A DNA stretch of 63,686 nt, filler included, from Neoconidiobolus thromboides FSU 785 (GCA_025603075.1; 4 parts of 4 records of this genome joined end to end with filler, not necessarily neighbours in it); one strand, 5' to 3'; positions 12,174 through 24,015 are shown, numbered from the whole stretch's first letter. Notes: generated by a model not told the origin, from the sequence alone. A program made the numbers and translations.

Positions 12174-13352
12174 ATGAATTCTGATACCAAAGAAGACTTA
12201 AGTTCCGATTTAGAATCGTCGCCTAAAGGTAATTTAGTAGCGTTATATAATTCGCCAACAGTCAATGAGAATTATTTAAATCCACCTGCTAAATTGGATT
12301 TAGATCAAGCTAAATTATTGATCTTATCTCAACAAGCTGAAACTCAAACTCCATTGCCTTCTCTTCCTGTTTCTCCTAAAAAGGAGTTAGCGCAACAAGA
12401 CACTTTTTTACCAGCTTTACTATCGACACTTTATTCAAATGCTCAAAATAATGAAGCTAATTTGTTGGAAAGTCAATTCAATTCGAATTTTGCTCAATTA
12501 AATGACTTGCAAAGAGAATTTACTTTTCCATCAGCCAGTCAATTGATGCAGCCTATGGAGACAAGCAATAGTTATACTAATGATTTGGTCTCAAAAACAT
12601 TGGAATTGATTAATAATGATATGAATAAAGATACTCATCTATTACAAAATAGTCCCAATCAAGATCCAAAAGCTTTTTTTGCTTCTTTAAATTCACGTCA
12701 ATCAACTTCATTAATCGATAGTCAACAAGACCATAGAAACCGATTAAGACGCTCACCAGTATATGCTTATTTTACCTTTCTAAGCGAAACTGGTGAAGGT
12801 GTTGGATATCGCTGTAAGCTTTGTGGTCATACTTATCAAAGTTTTTCTAGTACTACAACCTTCTTTAAGCATTTAAGGAGGAAACATAAAATTGATTTAA
12901 GAGATAATAAGAAACCTAGAACCATGGGGTATGATACACACCTAGAACAAGTTAATGAAGAAAATATTAGTTTGAGTAATAGTGAAAATATTCAACAGTT
13001 TGAACAAACGTTATATGAATTAAATGATATTGCTAGAGTTTATTCATTAGGTGGGGAAGGTGATATCTTTAGAAATTCAATATCCAGATTATCAGAACAA
13101 TTATATGGAAATAATTTGGCTATAGAAACGAAAGAATTATCTGAGATGTATTATAATAAATTGAAAGCAGTATTTCCAGTAGAAAAGGAAGTGAATTTTA
13201 GTCAATTATTTTTAAATAGCTTTGGTAAACAATCCGCCAATTTGTTAGATGATCCAAAATTTAATCAGTTTATTAAAGCTTTAAATCCAAATGTTATTGT
13301 CCCTAATTCAAAACAATTTTTAAACGATTTAGAAAATAATAAGCTTAATTGA
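12174..13352 (+). CDS. BED zinc-finger protein (hAT-transposase-derived, no DDE domain)
   Basis: SPVYAYF...CKLCGHTY...TTTFFKHLRRKH is a BED finger; C-terminal DDPKFNQFIKALNPNVIVPN resembles the hAT segment after BED; intronless; first ATG at 12174. Confidence 0.8.
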   Translation: MNSDTKEDLSSDLESSPKGNLVALYNSPTVNENYLNPPAKLDLDQAKLLILSQQAETQTPLPSLPVSPKKELAQQDTFLPALLSTLYSNAQNNEANLLESQFNSNFAQLNDLQREFTFPSASQLMQPMETSNSYTNDLVSKTLELINNDMNKDTHLLQNSPNQDPKAFFASLNSRQSTSLIDSQQDHRNRLRRSPVYAYFTFLSETGEGVGYRCKLCGHTYQSFSSTTTFFKHLRRKHKIDLRDNKKPRTMGYDTHLEQVNEENISLSNSENIQQFEQTLYELNDIARVYSLGGEGDIFRNSISRLSEQLYGNNLAIETKELSEMYYNKLKAVFPVEKEVNFSQLFLNSFGKQSANLLDDPKFNQFIKALNPNVIVPNSKQFLNDLENNKLN

Positions 13353-13522
13353 CTTTACTATTACCTCCTCCCTTTTCTCTTCTTTCTTTTTGCTTCTTTT
13401 CTCATTAATAAGTGTTTTAATGATTATTTTTGATCTCATTTTTAAAATAAATTTTATTTGGGATAATAAAACATATATAAATGACTTAGCTTTAAACTTT
13501 ATTTTCCTTTATTAATTTTATA

Positions 13523-14990
13523 CTATACGATTTCTTCTATAGCCAAATCCTCCTCATCTTCAATAATCTCTTCGACCTTAGGTTCAATTACTGTTCTCTC
13601 TTCATCTCTCATTAACATATTAACTAAAGCATCCATTTGGTCTAAACAATTTTGATAAGGTTGACTTAATCCAGACTCAAATTTATGTAATTCTCTAATA
13701 ACTGGGTAAACTTTACGATCCCTTAAAGCTTGTCTAGAATCTTTAGTACCTGTTAATAAAACTAAAGATTCTACTAATGTAGCACGAAGTTTAGGGTCAC
13801 TTTCTCTCTTTTTATCATCGGGTAATAACATTAAATCTGTGGGCATACCTTCTTGATCCTAATAACAATTACAATTTAATACGAATTAATAATATATTAT
13901 AGACTCACATCATCATCAAAAGGTTCAGGTCCACAAAGGGGCAACAATAAATAGGGCAATATATCGGATTCACCAGTTTCATTTAATAAAGTTAAATGAT
14001 ATTTAGAATCAAAACAGCAATTTCTAATCAATTTAAATACAATTTTCTGTTATTATATAAAATCAACTTACTTAATAGCTGATATTACCCCACCACGGCG
14101 AATAATATTTGGATGCTCTGTAAATACCATCAATCGAGTAATGGGTAATAAACGATCTCTTTCTGATTTTTCTAAAAAGTACCTTCTAGCGAACTCAAAC
14201 TAGAATAATATTTAAAAATTTATTTAGAATAACTAAACTAAACTCACTTGGGTAACGTTAGCAAACACGGAAGCCAAAAAATGGAATTCAGCATGCTTAT
14301 TATATAATTTTTGTGAGCCTTTAACAAATACATCTGTTAAATCTTCTACACTGTTTTCAATTTTTAATAATGTAACTGCTACTTGTTCATTTTTACTAAG
14401 ATTGGATAATAACATACAGACTGGATCTGCTAATACTGTGGTGGGTATCTAAGTTTTTTATATCAGTATTTTTATTTTAGCTATTGTTGAGCCTATTGAT
14501 AACTTACAGTAATCATTTTAATACAATGTTTAATAAATTCTGGATATTTAGTAAATTCAGTGACAATATGATCTTTAGCAGAAAGGTTAGTTAATGCTGA
14601 AATGGCATTATGTGCAGAAATCTAAATGTATTTGTTTAATTTCAAATATAATAGATGATTATAAGAACTTACAGGGAAATCATACCAATCATCAATAATA
14701 ACTTTAATAAATTGATCGACAATTTTAACCCCACGAGAATCAAAGTAAGTCTTAAATTCAGGTTGTTCTAAGGTGGTTGCACCGGTAAAATCTAATATAT
14801 GTTGGGTGGCTAATTGACGTACCTATAATAAAATAAAAAGTTTAATATAAATTACTTCTATGCTTGCTATTGAAATTACTTCTGGTTTAGGATCAAGGAC
14901 GAAATCCAATAACTAAGAAAAAAATAAAAGATTAGTTATTTAATTATAACTTCTTAGCCTTTATTTTACTTCATCTAATTGTGCTTCCAT
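13523..14990 (-). CDS. HGH1: Hgh1 (eEF2 chaperone; DUF383/DUF384), multi-exon
   Basis: MEAQLDEL..LDFVLDPKPEV; LSNLSK; FHFLASVFANVT; KRESDPKLRATLVESLVLL; VYPVIRELH; acidic tail. Confidence 0.9.
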
Positions 14991-15151
14991 TTTGTAAACT
15001 AAATAAAAAACAACAAAAAAGGATAACTTATTTTCATTTTATATATCAGGGATAACTTCTCAAATCCAGTGACTTGGTTTGATTGGCTAAAGTCAATCAC
15101 AAACCATTAAGCCCATCTTCTACAAGCTTTTACTACTTTTATTTATAAAAA

Positions 15152-15499
15152 ATGGCAGAAGATAAATCAATCGAATTAAATTACGATAATTTACGACCCG
15201 ATGAAATCACATTACCTTATAATATCAATCGCTGTTTCGATGAAGTAATGAGGTGTAATAGCTTTGGTCAACAGATGGTCCATTATTATCGATATGGTAG
15301 CAAAAAGGATTGTTCTTTAGTTTGGAAAAGGTTTAAGTTTGGATTGACATTGACGACATTGAATCAAACAGAAAAAATTGAAAAGATTAAAAAGTTCGAA
15401 AAAGAGCTATGGGAAGAAAGGGAGGGGGAGGTATCATCACTTGATGTGTGGGAGAAAAGAAAAGTACCACTGGAAAATTTCCCACCTAAATTGGAATAG
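15152..15499 (+). CDS. EMI1: Emi1-like protein (DUF3128)
   Basis: CFDEVMRC-S-G-Q--HYYRYG-KKDC--W--FKF-L and SSLDVWE-R pattern; head-to-head with HGH1. Confidence 0.8.
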   Translation: MAEDKSIELNYDNLRPDEITLPYNINRCFDEVMRCNSFGQQMVHYYRYGSKKDCSLVWKRFKFGLTLTTLNQTEKIEKIKKFEKELWEEREGEVSSLDVWEKRKVPLENFPPKLE

Positions 15500-15811
15500 A
15501 GAATGAGTTAAATTAGAACATTTTTAGAAGTAAAATTCAATCGTTTATTTAATATTTTGTTTATTAGATTTTATAGGAATTGACAATGTAGTATTTCTTG
15601 TAGGAAAGGTCAAATAAGTGTTAATAACGAAATAAAAGGAATTTTGTTCTCGTAAAATTTTAAATCATAGTTTAATATAAATACATTAAAAGGTAAATCT
15701 TAAATATAAATATAAATTAAAACACCAAACTGTAACAAAAATGACAGACTATACTTTTATTAAGAAAAATAAAAAATTGAAACAAGATACAAGCTTTGCA
15801 ACTCTCACCTC

Positions 15812-17896
15812 TTACTTAAGTGTATGAAAAACCGACGGGTATTTAAAATAAGCTGAGTTCTTTTTTTCAAACTCCAAAAATATAATATTTCGTAATTTTT
15901 CACTAACAGGTTGAAAGAAACCGATTTTTGAAAACAAATACTGTAAATTAGGACAACTAATTAAAGCCCATTCTAAGATAATATCATCATTTGCATCAAT
16001 TATTAATTTCTTTATATTAGTTAAATTATTGCTACTAACTAACAATTTAGCACCTTCTTTTGTAACGTTACAATGCTCTAATTCTAATGTGATTAAATTA
16101 GGAGTAATGGCCTTGGTAACAAAATTCAAAGTAGTTGAGTCAAGTGTAAAACCTTTGATACATAGTTGTTTCATTTTTGGAAAGCTTAGTGCTTTTTTGT
16201 CATTAGCTATGCCATTCTTACTGTAATCAAATTTAATAATTTGAGTTTTCTTGTTAAAATTGGAATTCTTTGACTTTTTCCTTACAATTTTAAGGCTCTC
16301 CAAATTAGGATATTCTTTCATTGAAAATGTAAAAGGTTGATAATGAGATATTCTTAGGGCTAATGACTTTAAATTTATAAATGGGTTTACAAGTTCGATT
16401 CTCACAGTTAAGTCATAAAATAATTCAAAGCTTATTAATTTAGGGAAATTGTTCCCATCTAATTTGACTATCTGTGTTCCTTGTCTATTGTAATTATTTT
16501 GATAGCCGCTTTCATTACCAACGTCATTACCTTCGTTTATATTATTGATATTTTCATTGAATGGATCAAGTACAAATATAGAAGCTGCTACATCTGGACT
16601 AAAAACTCGGTTTTCAGTTGGATTTGTATTATTGCCTCGATTAGAAGGATCGAGGGCAGAAATAGAATCTGCTACGTTGGAGCTGAGTACTTGATCTTCA
16701 ATTGGGTTTTGATTATTCACATAATTACCATCCTGTACACTGGTAACTGCTGGAGTTGAAGTGGCTGTATTGTCTTGATCCATATTAATGTTTCTATGTA
16801 CATTTTGATCACTGCTTGTTATTTCATTCTCATCTGACTCTTCTCCATCTTCGTCATCTGATTCAGTATTATCTGTGTCGTCAATACTAATTCCTTCTGA
16901 TTCGCCATCTTCATCTTCTGATTCACTATCTTCACTATCTTCTTCTGATCCACTATCTTCGCTTCCATTTTGGGTGGTTGATTCAGTTTCTTCTGAACTA
17001 AATTCAAAGCCGCTTTCAATAAATGAAGATGTAGAATAATCATAAATACTTGATGGACTTCCTAATAAAGATTCATAATCATCTGAACTCGAAGATTCAC
17101 TATACGAACTCGATAAAGAATCCGTATCTACATTAGGATTAATTTGGGAAAACCAAAGTTTCAATGTAGTTAGGTTAGGTAAGTTTATTTTGTTTAATTT
17201 ATCTATTTTAATACCGCACCGAAGTAAGTTTAAATTTAAAGAAGTCAAGTTTTGAAATTTGGTTACTTCGTTTACGATGATTTGTACATTATTTATTTTG
17301 ACTAATTGAACACCCATCTTTTGAATGTTTTCAGTTGAAAAATAATCAAATGGTGAGTCTTTTTTATGAATGTTTCTATAAGTTCTCAATTCGAGTGTTT
17401 GTACATTTTTTAACATATTTTTATCTTCAACATCTTTAAATAACTCATGCATGCGATGCACATGTTGGTCCGTTTCAAGATAATGAAGCTTAAAGCTCTT
17501 TATTATAAAATTACTACGAAGTTTATTTATCTCCTTTGTTAAATAATCTTTTGATTCTAAAAGCATTGAATTGATATTAATTTGTTCATATAAATCAAAA
17601 GTACAATGCAAATTGAATTGCTTATCTGGAAATAAAGTGGCTAAATGGAAGAAAAATAGTTGATAATATCCAATATCATCTATAACATCTAATAAATAAA
17701 TGTCATTGATAAAATTACCATATTTTTTAAAGTTAAATGAACACTTTCTCATACTATATTTAATATGCATTTTCCTATAAATTATGGGTACGAATGTATT
17801 ATAGTTGGATTTATTTGTTAATATCCAATTCAATTTGTCTCTTCCTTCAAGCTTACTGAATATTATTAATTGGATTTCCAGCGGCAGTCTATCCAT
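15812..17896 (-). CDS. F-box/LRR protein with a long acidic/Ser-rich insertion
   Basis: N-terminal MDRLPLEIQLIIFSKL F-box; LRR-like LTSLNLNL, LPNLTTLKL, FPKLISFEL, YPNLESLKI, CPNLQYL; central SEDSGSEEDSEDSESEDED tract; 694-aa intronless ORF. Confidence 0.85.
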   Translation of the reverse strand: MDRLPLEIQLIIFSKLEGRDKLNWILTNKSNYNTFVPIIYRKMHIKYSMRKCSFNFKKYGNFINDIYLLDVIDDIGYYQLFFFHLATLFPDKQFNLHCTFDLYEQININSMLLESKDYLTKEINKLRSNFIIKSFKLHYLETDQHVHRMHELFKDVEDKNMLKNVQTLELRTYRNIHKKDSPFDYFSTENIQKMGVQLVKINNVQIIVNEVTKFQNLTSLNLNLLRCGIKIDKLNKINLPNLTTLKLWFSQINPNVDTDSLSSSYSESSSSDDYESLLGSPSSIYDYSTSSFIESGFEFSSEETESTTQNGSEDSGSEEDSEDSESEDEDGESEGISIDDTDNTESDDEDGEESDENEITSSDQNVHRNINMDQDNTATSTPAVTSVQDGNYVNNQNPIEDQVLSSNVADSISALDPSNRGNNTNPTENRVFSPDVAASIFVLDPFNENINNINEGNDVGNESGYQNNYNRQGTQIVKLDGNNFPKLISFELFYDLTVRIELVNPFINLKSLALRISHYQPFTFSMKEYPNLESLKIVRKKSKNSNFNKKTQIIKFDYSKNGIANDKKALSFPKMKQLCIKGFTLDSTTLNFVTKAITPNLITLELEHCNVTKEGAKLLVSSNNLTNIKKLIIDANDDIILEWALISCPNLQYLFSKIGFFQPVSEKLRNIIFLEFEKKNSAYFKYPSVFHTLK

Positions 17897-18771
17897 TTTG
17901 TTTTAATTATGTCCTTTATTTATGTGAAAAAGAAGTAAATCGAAAAAAACAAGTTTCTAGTGCTTCAACAAAATCAAAAATAGCCAATAAAACAATTGTT
18001 ATTTATTATTTAAGCATGTTTTTTTGTTAAAAGTTCAGCTAAGAGCTTTTTTGAATTTTAGGGATTAGAAAGGTGAACGAAATGCAAGAAATTTTATTTC
18101 TAAAATTAAGGCACTTGTGCTGACATTGGGGTTCTCTATTTGTTACTCATTTTAGTTTAAAAAATGGACAGTTCCTTTTTTTAGTGGTTAATAGTTTTAA
18201 AACCATGTCAATTTTCAAATTAAAACTCGATCTTTTTTAAAAATCCTATGGGCTTTTACTCAGCAAAGTTATTGATGAAATAAAATGATCAAAAACATAT
18301 AAACTTAAACTAAAATAAATTTATTTTAAAATGACAGTATGAAAACAATTAAATATTAAGTTTTAAATTAAAATAAATAGCTTTTTAAATTTTATTACTA
18401 GATTTGGGCAAAAGTAAATAAGCGAACAGCCCAAAAAGTTTAACAAGCCAGCATTATGGGATAAAAATAAATTAAATTTTGATTTTAATAATCCAAAATG
18501 ATCCAAACCAATCACTAGTTCGATCTCATCAGTAAGATAGTAGATAATCCGAATACTAATCTTGCAATAAGAATTGAGCGAATAAAAAGCAACTATCATA
18601 GAGGATGATTGGACTGTTAAATCAAAACCAAAAGGAGATGGAATTAGATGAGATTTCGAAGATAGACATTGAGTTCAATAGTCAATTTTTGATTTTTTTA
18701 TTGTAGCAATCAAGCTTAATTAAGCTTACTTATTAGAACAATAAAATTAAGAAAAGAAAAGAGTATATAAA

Positions 18772-19965
18772 ATGTTTAGACAAGCCATTACATCAAGGAT
18801 TACTAGTTCATCACGTCAGTTTGCAAACCAAGTAAATTTAACCTTTTATTATTTTTGTTCACTGTTTTAAACTTCATCAATAGGTGCGTCATTCTTCAAA
18901 TGCATCTGCTCAATCTAAGGTAAGCATTTGAATTATTACTGCTCAAAAGTTATGTCTTGTTGAAATCAAAAGTTAAACTTTAAATTTTTAGTCCAGCAAA
19001 ACGGAGTTATTTATTGCAGGAGCATCAACATTAGTTGCTGGAACTGCTGCTTATCAACTTTATAGCTCATCAGTTAATGCCTCAGGAGCTGATGATGGAC
19101 TTCATCCACCAAGTTATCCATGGGTACATAACTCCCCAGTATCTACTTTTGACCATGCTGCTATCCGTCGTGGATTCCAAGTTTATAAAGAAGTATGTTC
19201 AGCTTGTCACTCATTGAACCGTATAGCTTATCGTAATTTGGTTGGTGTATCCCATACCGAAAATGAAGCTAAAACTTTAGCTGAAGAACAAGAATATACT
19301 GATGGTCCAAATGACGAAGGTGAAATGTTCCAACGTCCAGGAAAAGTAAGTTTTTTTTAAAGTAATATTTGGATGATATTAAATATTATTTTCAGCTTTC
19401 AGATTACTTACCAAACCCATATGCTAATGAAGAACAAGCCCGTGCTACCAATGGTGGTGCCTACCCACCAGATCTTTCACTTATCAGTAAAGCTCGTCAC
19501 GGTGGACCTGTAATTTATTTAAACTCATTACTATAACAATATATTTATATTATATTTAAGGATTATATCTTTGCTTTATTAACTGGTTATTGCGATCCAC
19601 CAGCAGGTGTTGAAGTACGTGAAGGACTTAATTATAATCCTTATTTCCCAGGAGGTGCTATTGCTATGGCCAAAAATCTTTATGATGGTATTGTAGATTA
19701 CGAAGATGGTAAGTTTATTAAATTGATTGATACTTGAGCAAAAGAATTAAAAAAATTAGGAACACCTGCCACTGCTTCACAAATGGCCAAAGATGTAGCT
19801 ACTTTCCTTAACTGGGCCTCTGAACCAGAACATGATGATCGTAAAAAGATGGGAATGAAGGCTGTAATTATTTTATCAACTATGACAGTACTTTCTATTT
19901 GGATTAAGAGATTTAAATGGTCTGCTCTTAAAACTCGTAAAATTGCTTATAACCCACCTAAATAA
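18772..19965 (+). CDS. CYT1: Cytochrome c1, mitochondrial, multi-exon
   Basis: [15 protein letters not shown] (heme CxxCH), [48 protein letters not shown]. Confidence 0.97.
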
Positions 19966-20372
19966 GATGCTTGATCTTCCATTTTACTATTAAAAAATTT
20001 AACTTCTAATAAAGCATCTTTTGAACTTTTGATATTTGTTACTCTTAGTGGAAAGTGTTTTTAAGATTTGGTGTTTAAATAATTCATTTCTGATGAGTTA
20101 TTGCTTGTAAACATATAAAGTAGATATTTTTTATGACGAGTGATTATAACAATTTGTTTATAAATAACACGAGTTTGAAACAATTATGTAAACATTTATT
20201 TCAATAAGGATTAATATAACTCAAGTTGATCTCTATTGGAAATTTAACTTTTATATAGTTTTACTATTATTTAGTTCAATTTTCACGTGGCTTAAAATCC
20301 AAAAAAATTATTAAGCAAAGCTAGACAGAAAAACATTATAGCATAAGTTATCTGAAAAAAGCAAAAGGCAAC

Positions 20373-20478
20373 ATATGGGGATGTATTTTTGTGTTTAAGA
20401 ATTTTACTAACAATCTTTCTATTTAAATAGCGCTTAAAAAATGGAAAAGTAATGAAATCAAAAAAAACATCCCCATAT
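20373..20478 (+). mobile_element. MITE copy 3
   Basis: ATAT-GGGGATG...CATCCCC-ATAT; close to consensus. Confidence 0.95.
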
Positions 20479-20842
20479 GTTTGTAGCACTTGGTGCTTAA
20501 TTTGCAATTTGCTAAAAATTTGAATTGGACAAATTTGAACTATTTTAAACCCATTAAATCAAAAACAATTCTAGTATATTTAACATAATATTTTCAGAAA
20601 CTTATGAATAGTTTACTTTTTTTAAAATAAATCCAACTCAACAAAATAGAAAGATATCTTTTTACCTTTACTTTTACTTTGGAATGAATTCTGCTTTTCA
20701 ATAATCCAATGTTTTCAAAAACCAATTATTCTGAGACGAAGCAAGTAGTTTAGTATTAAAAGCAACAGCTAACATTGTTGCAATAGAACAATGAAGGAAG
20801 CTTTAAATAAATTTGAAATAACACTAGAATATGAAAACTTTA

Positions 20843-21800
20843 TTAATATTTAACTGAAAGTCCTTCTTCTTTAAGTTCAAAAGCCTCTGGTATTTTATAA
20901 TTTGTGGTATCATAATCAAATGGAATAAGATTTAGTTTGGTATCAATTCTACATGCCCAAGGTTCATTATTACTCTTATTATTAAAACAATCTTTAATAA
21001 ACTGTGAGCTCAACTCAATTGACTTTATACTACTTGGATGAAACCAAATCCCATAAAACCCATGTGGCATTTCATCATAGATATGCAATATTACTTGTTG
21101 ACTATCAGACTCAATTTGCTTATAGTGTTTTATTTTATCTTCAAATACAATGAATTCATCCAAAAACCTCTCTTCGCCGCCTGTAGCCTAAAAAAGATTA
21201 AATAACCAATAAATATATAAATTTATTTTCACTTATCACCATAACTGGAGGAAATTTGTCAAAGTCATCCTGATACATTGGACTAACAAGGGGATATTTT
21301 AAATACTTTTCATTGGTATAGAAATGTCCATTAACATTTAAAATCTCTTCTTTTAAATAAAGGCATGAGCTTGCTAACAATTCGTTGATAAATAAATAAC
21401 CTTTACCGTGTTTCAAGTTGGGTTCTGGTAAATAATCGTTATTTTTCGTAAAAATACTAGGTTGAGTTGAGGCTATATCTACCCATGGACTTAGTAGTAG
21501 AGCTCCTGCTACCATTCCATATTGATCAAGTTGACTTAATAATATTAAAAACGAGCTGGATAAACCTCCACCAGCACTATCTCCAGCAATTACTATTTTA
21601 GTTGCATCAATCCCCATCCCTGGACACTCAGCAGTACTTTGGGATGTTAGAAATAAATAAGCTGCTAAGGTGTCCTCCAAAGCACAAGGAAAAGGAAACT
21701 CAGGTGCTAGTCTATAGTTTAAAGCTAAAAAACATCATCAATGCTAAAAACAGAAAAACAAAAACAAAATTTATTACCAGCTACTTGACAGTTTGCTTTT
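20843..21800 (-). CDS. HSL-family alpha/beta hydrolase paralog, 5' end lost in gap
   Basis: LNYRLAPEFPFPCALED, IAGDSAGGG, LLSPWVD, YDEMPHGF; colinear with the 1-763 gene. Confidence 0.9.
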
Positions 21801-21900
21801 NNNNNNNNNNNNNNNNNNNNNNNNNNNNNNNNNNNNNNNNNNNNTTAATTAATTAANNNNNNNNNNNNNNNNNNNNNNNNNNNNNNNNNNNNNNNNNNNN
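21801..21900. other. Assembly gap with artificial TTAATTAATTAA linker
   Basis: N-run with central TTAATTAATTAA (21845-21856), identical layout at all three gaps. Confidence 0.97.
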
Positions 21901-22796
21901 ACATTTATAACTTTATTGACTGTCTCACTTACTACACTTTTAGCAACAGTAACTATCGAAGTAATAAACATTTCAAGCTGCTAACGCTTTAGCTTTTTAG
22001 GATTGAAATTAGGTCTATGAAGAGATGAATAGTATGTTTAAAGTTAAAAGTTAGATAGAAAGAAAATTGCATATTTTTTAGAGAACACTATCTATTAATG
22101 AAAGATGGTTTAAATGAATTATATAAATTATTCCGAAAGGTTTAGAAAAAATTTAGAAAATTTGAAATAAACATTAATTATTTATTCTCTAATAATAACG
22201 CAATTAGATAGTTGTAAATGAATGTCAAACAGTGGCTGACAAGACTTTTCTAAAAACTAAATGATTTTTTCAAAAAAAATTCCGATAAAGCATAATATTA
22301 ATCAAACAAACATCACAATATTTAAACAATGCTTTAAAACATGCCAATAATTAATCAAACTGTTCATTTAAATTTATACACTAAGTTCATATAATTTGCT
22401 TAAGTGCTTGTAAGAAAATAGATGAGTTTTATTGTAGCTTGTTTAGAAACAAGTAAAACAAAATGAGAAATAGTTTGAACTTTCAAGTCCTAAGCTATAT
22501 TTTTTACATAGCATTTATAGCTTGTAAAAAAGATTATTATCTTTAGACATTTTCAAGAGGGGATTAATCTCATTAGAATAAACGTTTCTTTGAGTATATC
22601 AAACAATCATAATAATAATTGTAATGACAGACTATTAATATTTAATAACTAGTAACAGTTTATTAATAATGTTCAAAGATGATTTATTTACTATTTTAAT
22701 CTTAGTTATTTTATTTACAAGGCTAATTGTTATTTATTTATACTTTAAGTCCTAATAAGATAAAACCAAAGGCCAAAATGCAAGTGTGTTGCTTTA

Positions 22797-23552
22797 TTAC
22801 TTATTTTTTAAAAATCTCAATGCCGTTTTCCAACCACGCACTTCTTTAAATCTCTGATGTAATTTTTCTTTTTCTTCTTTATTTTCAAATAATTTAAATA
22901 GCACCAATAGCTGTTGATACACAAACTCTACTTGTCCCAAATAAAGATCACAAATACCATATGTATGAATACGCTGATATTCTAATACAATAGGTTCTAA
23001 TTTACCAAAATCCTTTAACTGTTCCTCTGTAAATATTAATTTTAAACGATAGTCATTCATTATCAAATCAATAATTTTTATTATACTAAAATAACTCCCA
23101 TTATTAATACCCACTTTCCAACTATACTTGAAATGTTCTACTAGTAATACCGTTAATTCTCTTTCGCTATAATTTAGCATCATAGATAATAACTCCAGGC
23201 AATTATTTTGCAGCTCTGTTCTTTTTTTATTGGGATTGTTAGTTATTTTTTGTGACATATTACCAACGAAGTAATTCAACTTACTCTTTTGTGATTTTGG
23301 GAATTCACGGTATTCTTCGCTAATTCTTGCTCTTTCATCATTAATATCCTGGTCCATCGTTGACCATCTGGATTTATATAATTGACTTTTTATTGAAATT
23401 GTGTCCATTGGAATTTCCATATTATAATCTCTTTGATTATTAATGCTATCTTTTACTTCAATTTTTATATTGTTTTGCTTTTGAATCCCACTCGACCATT
23501 TAGATTCTGATAAGCCTTTGTTTGTTATAACAAATCCCTTTTTATTTTTCAT
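22797..23552 (-). CDS. Hypothetical protein (251-aa ORF, probably lacking true 5' exon)
   Basis: 756-nt ORF in very AT-rich DNA; helical-looking C-terminal half; no family recognised. Confidence 0.55.
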   Translation of the reverse strand: MKNKKGFVITNKGLSESKWSSGIQKQNNIKIEVKDSINNQRDYNMEIPMDTISIKSQLYKSRWSTMDQDINDERARISEEYREFPKSQKSKLNYFVGNMSQKITNNPNKKRTELQNNCLELLSMMLNYSERELTVLLVEHFKYSWKVGINNGSYFSIIKIIDLIMNDYRLKLIFTEEQLKDFGKLEPIVLEYQRIHTYGICDLYLGQVEFVYQQLLVLFKLFENKEEKEKLHQRFKEVRGWKTALRFLKNK

Positions 23553-24015
23553 ACTGTTAATTTCTATAGCTTCCTATTTTATTATTGTTAGAGTTGTTTT
23601 AGAATTAGTATTCTTTATATTTATATGATTTGTATTTCTATTTCTATTATTATTACTTAAGTATTTGGCTTTTTTACTATGTGTCATAGAATTGAAATGT
23701 TTCACTTTATCTCACTTTATGACTATTACAGCTTTGATGAATGTCTTTGTAATTAAGCTGAAGCTGAAAAACTGTTGTAATTCTGATAAACATACTTATG
23801 ACTCAAGTAACACATTATACTAAATGGTGACTGTGGAAGTTCATAGTAACGATTTATGCTATCACAGTTAAAATTTTAATATGGCCCTATTTTAGTTTAT
23901 GGTTTATATATTTTTATGCCAAAAAGTGAACATTTTCAAGTTAAAATTTTGTAATTTGCTTGGAAATGTTTACTTTTTATTACAACAATGCGTAAACTAT
24001 AAACGAAGATAAAGT

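Noticed and set aside
18280-18720. ORF 18363-18599 and coding-like fragments between the F-box gene and CYT1
   Set aside because: Short, broken frames with no motif.
21845-21856. TTAATTAATTAA palindrome repeated at 21845, 30492 and 62018
   Set aside because: Centred in fixed 100-bp N-runs; an artificial contig linker with stops in all frames. ORFs 21602-21856 and 30496-30747 that cross it are artefacts.
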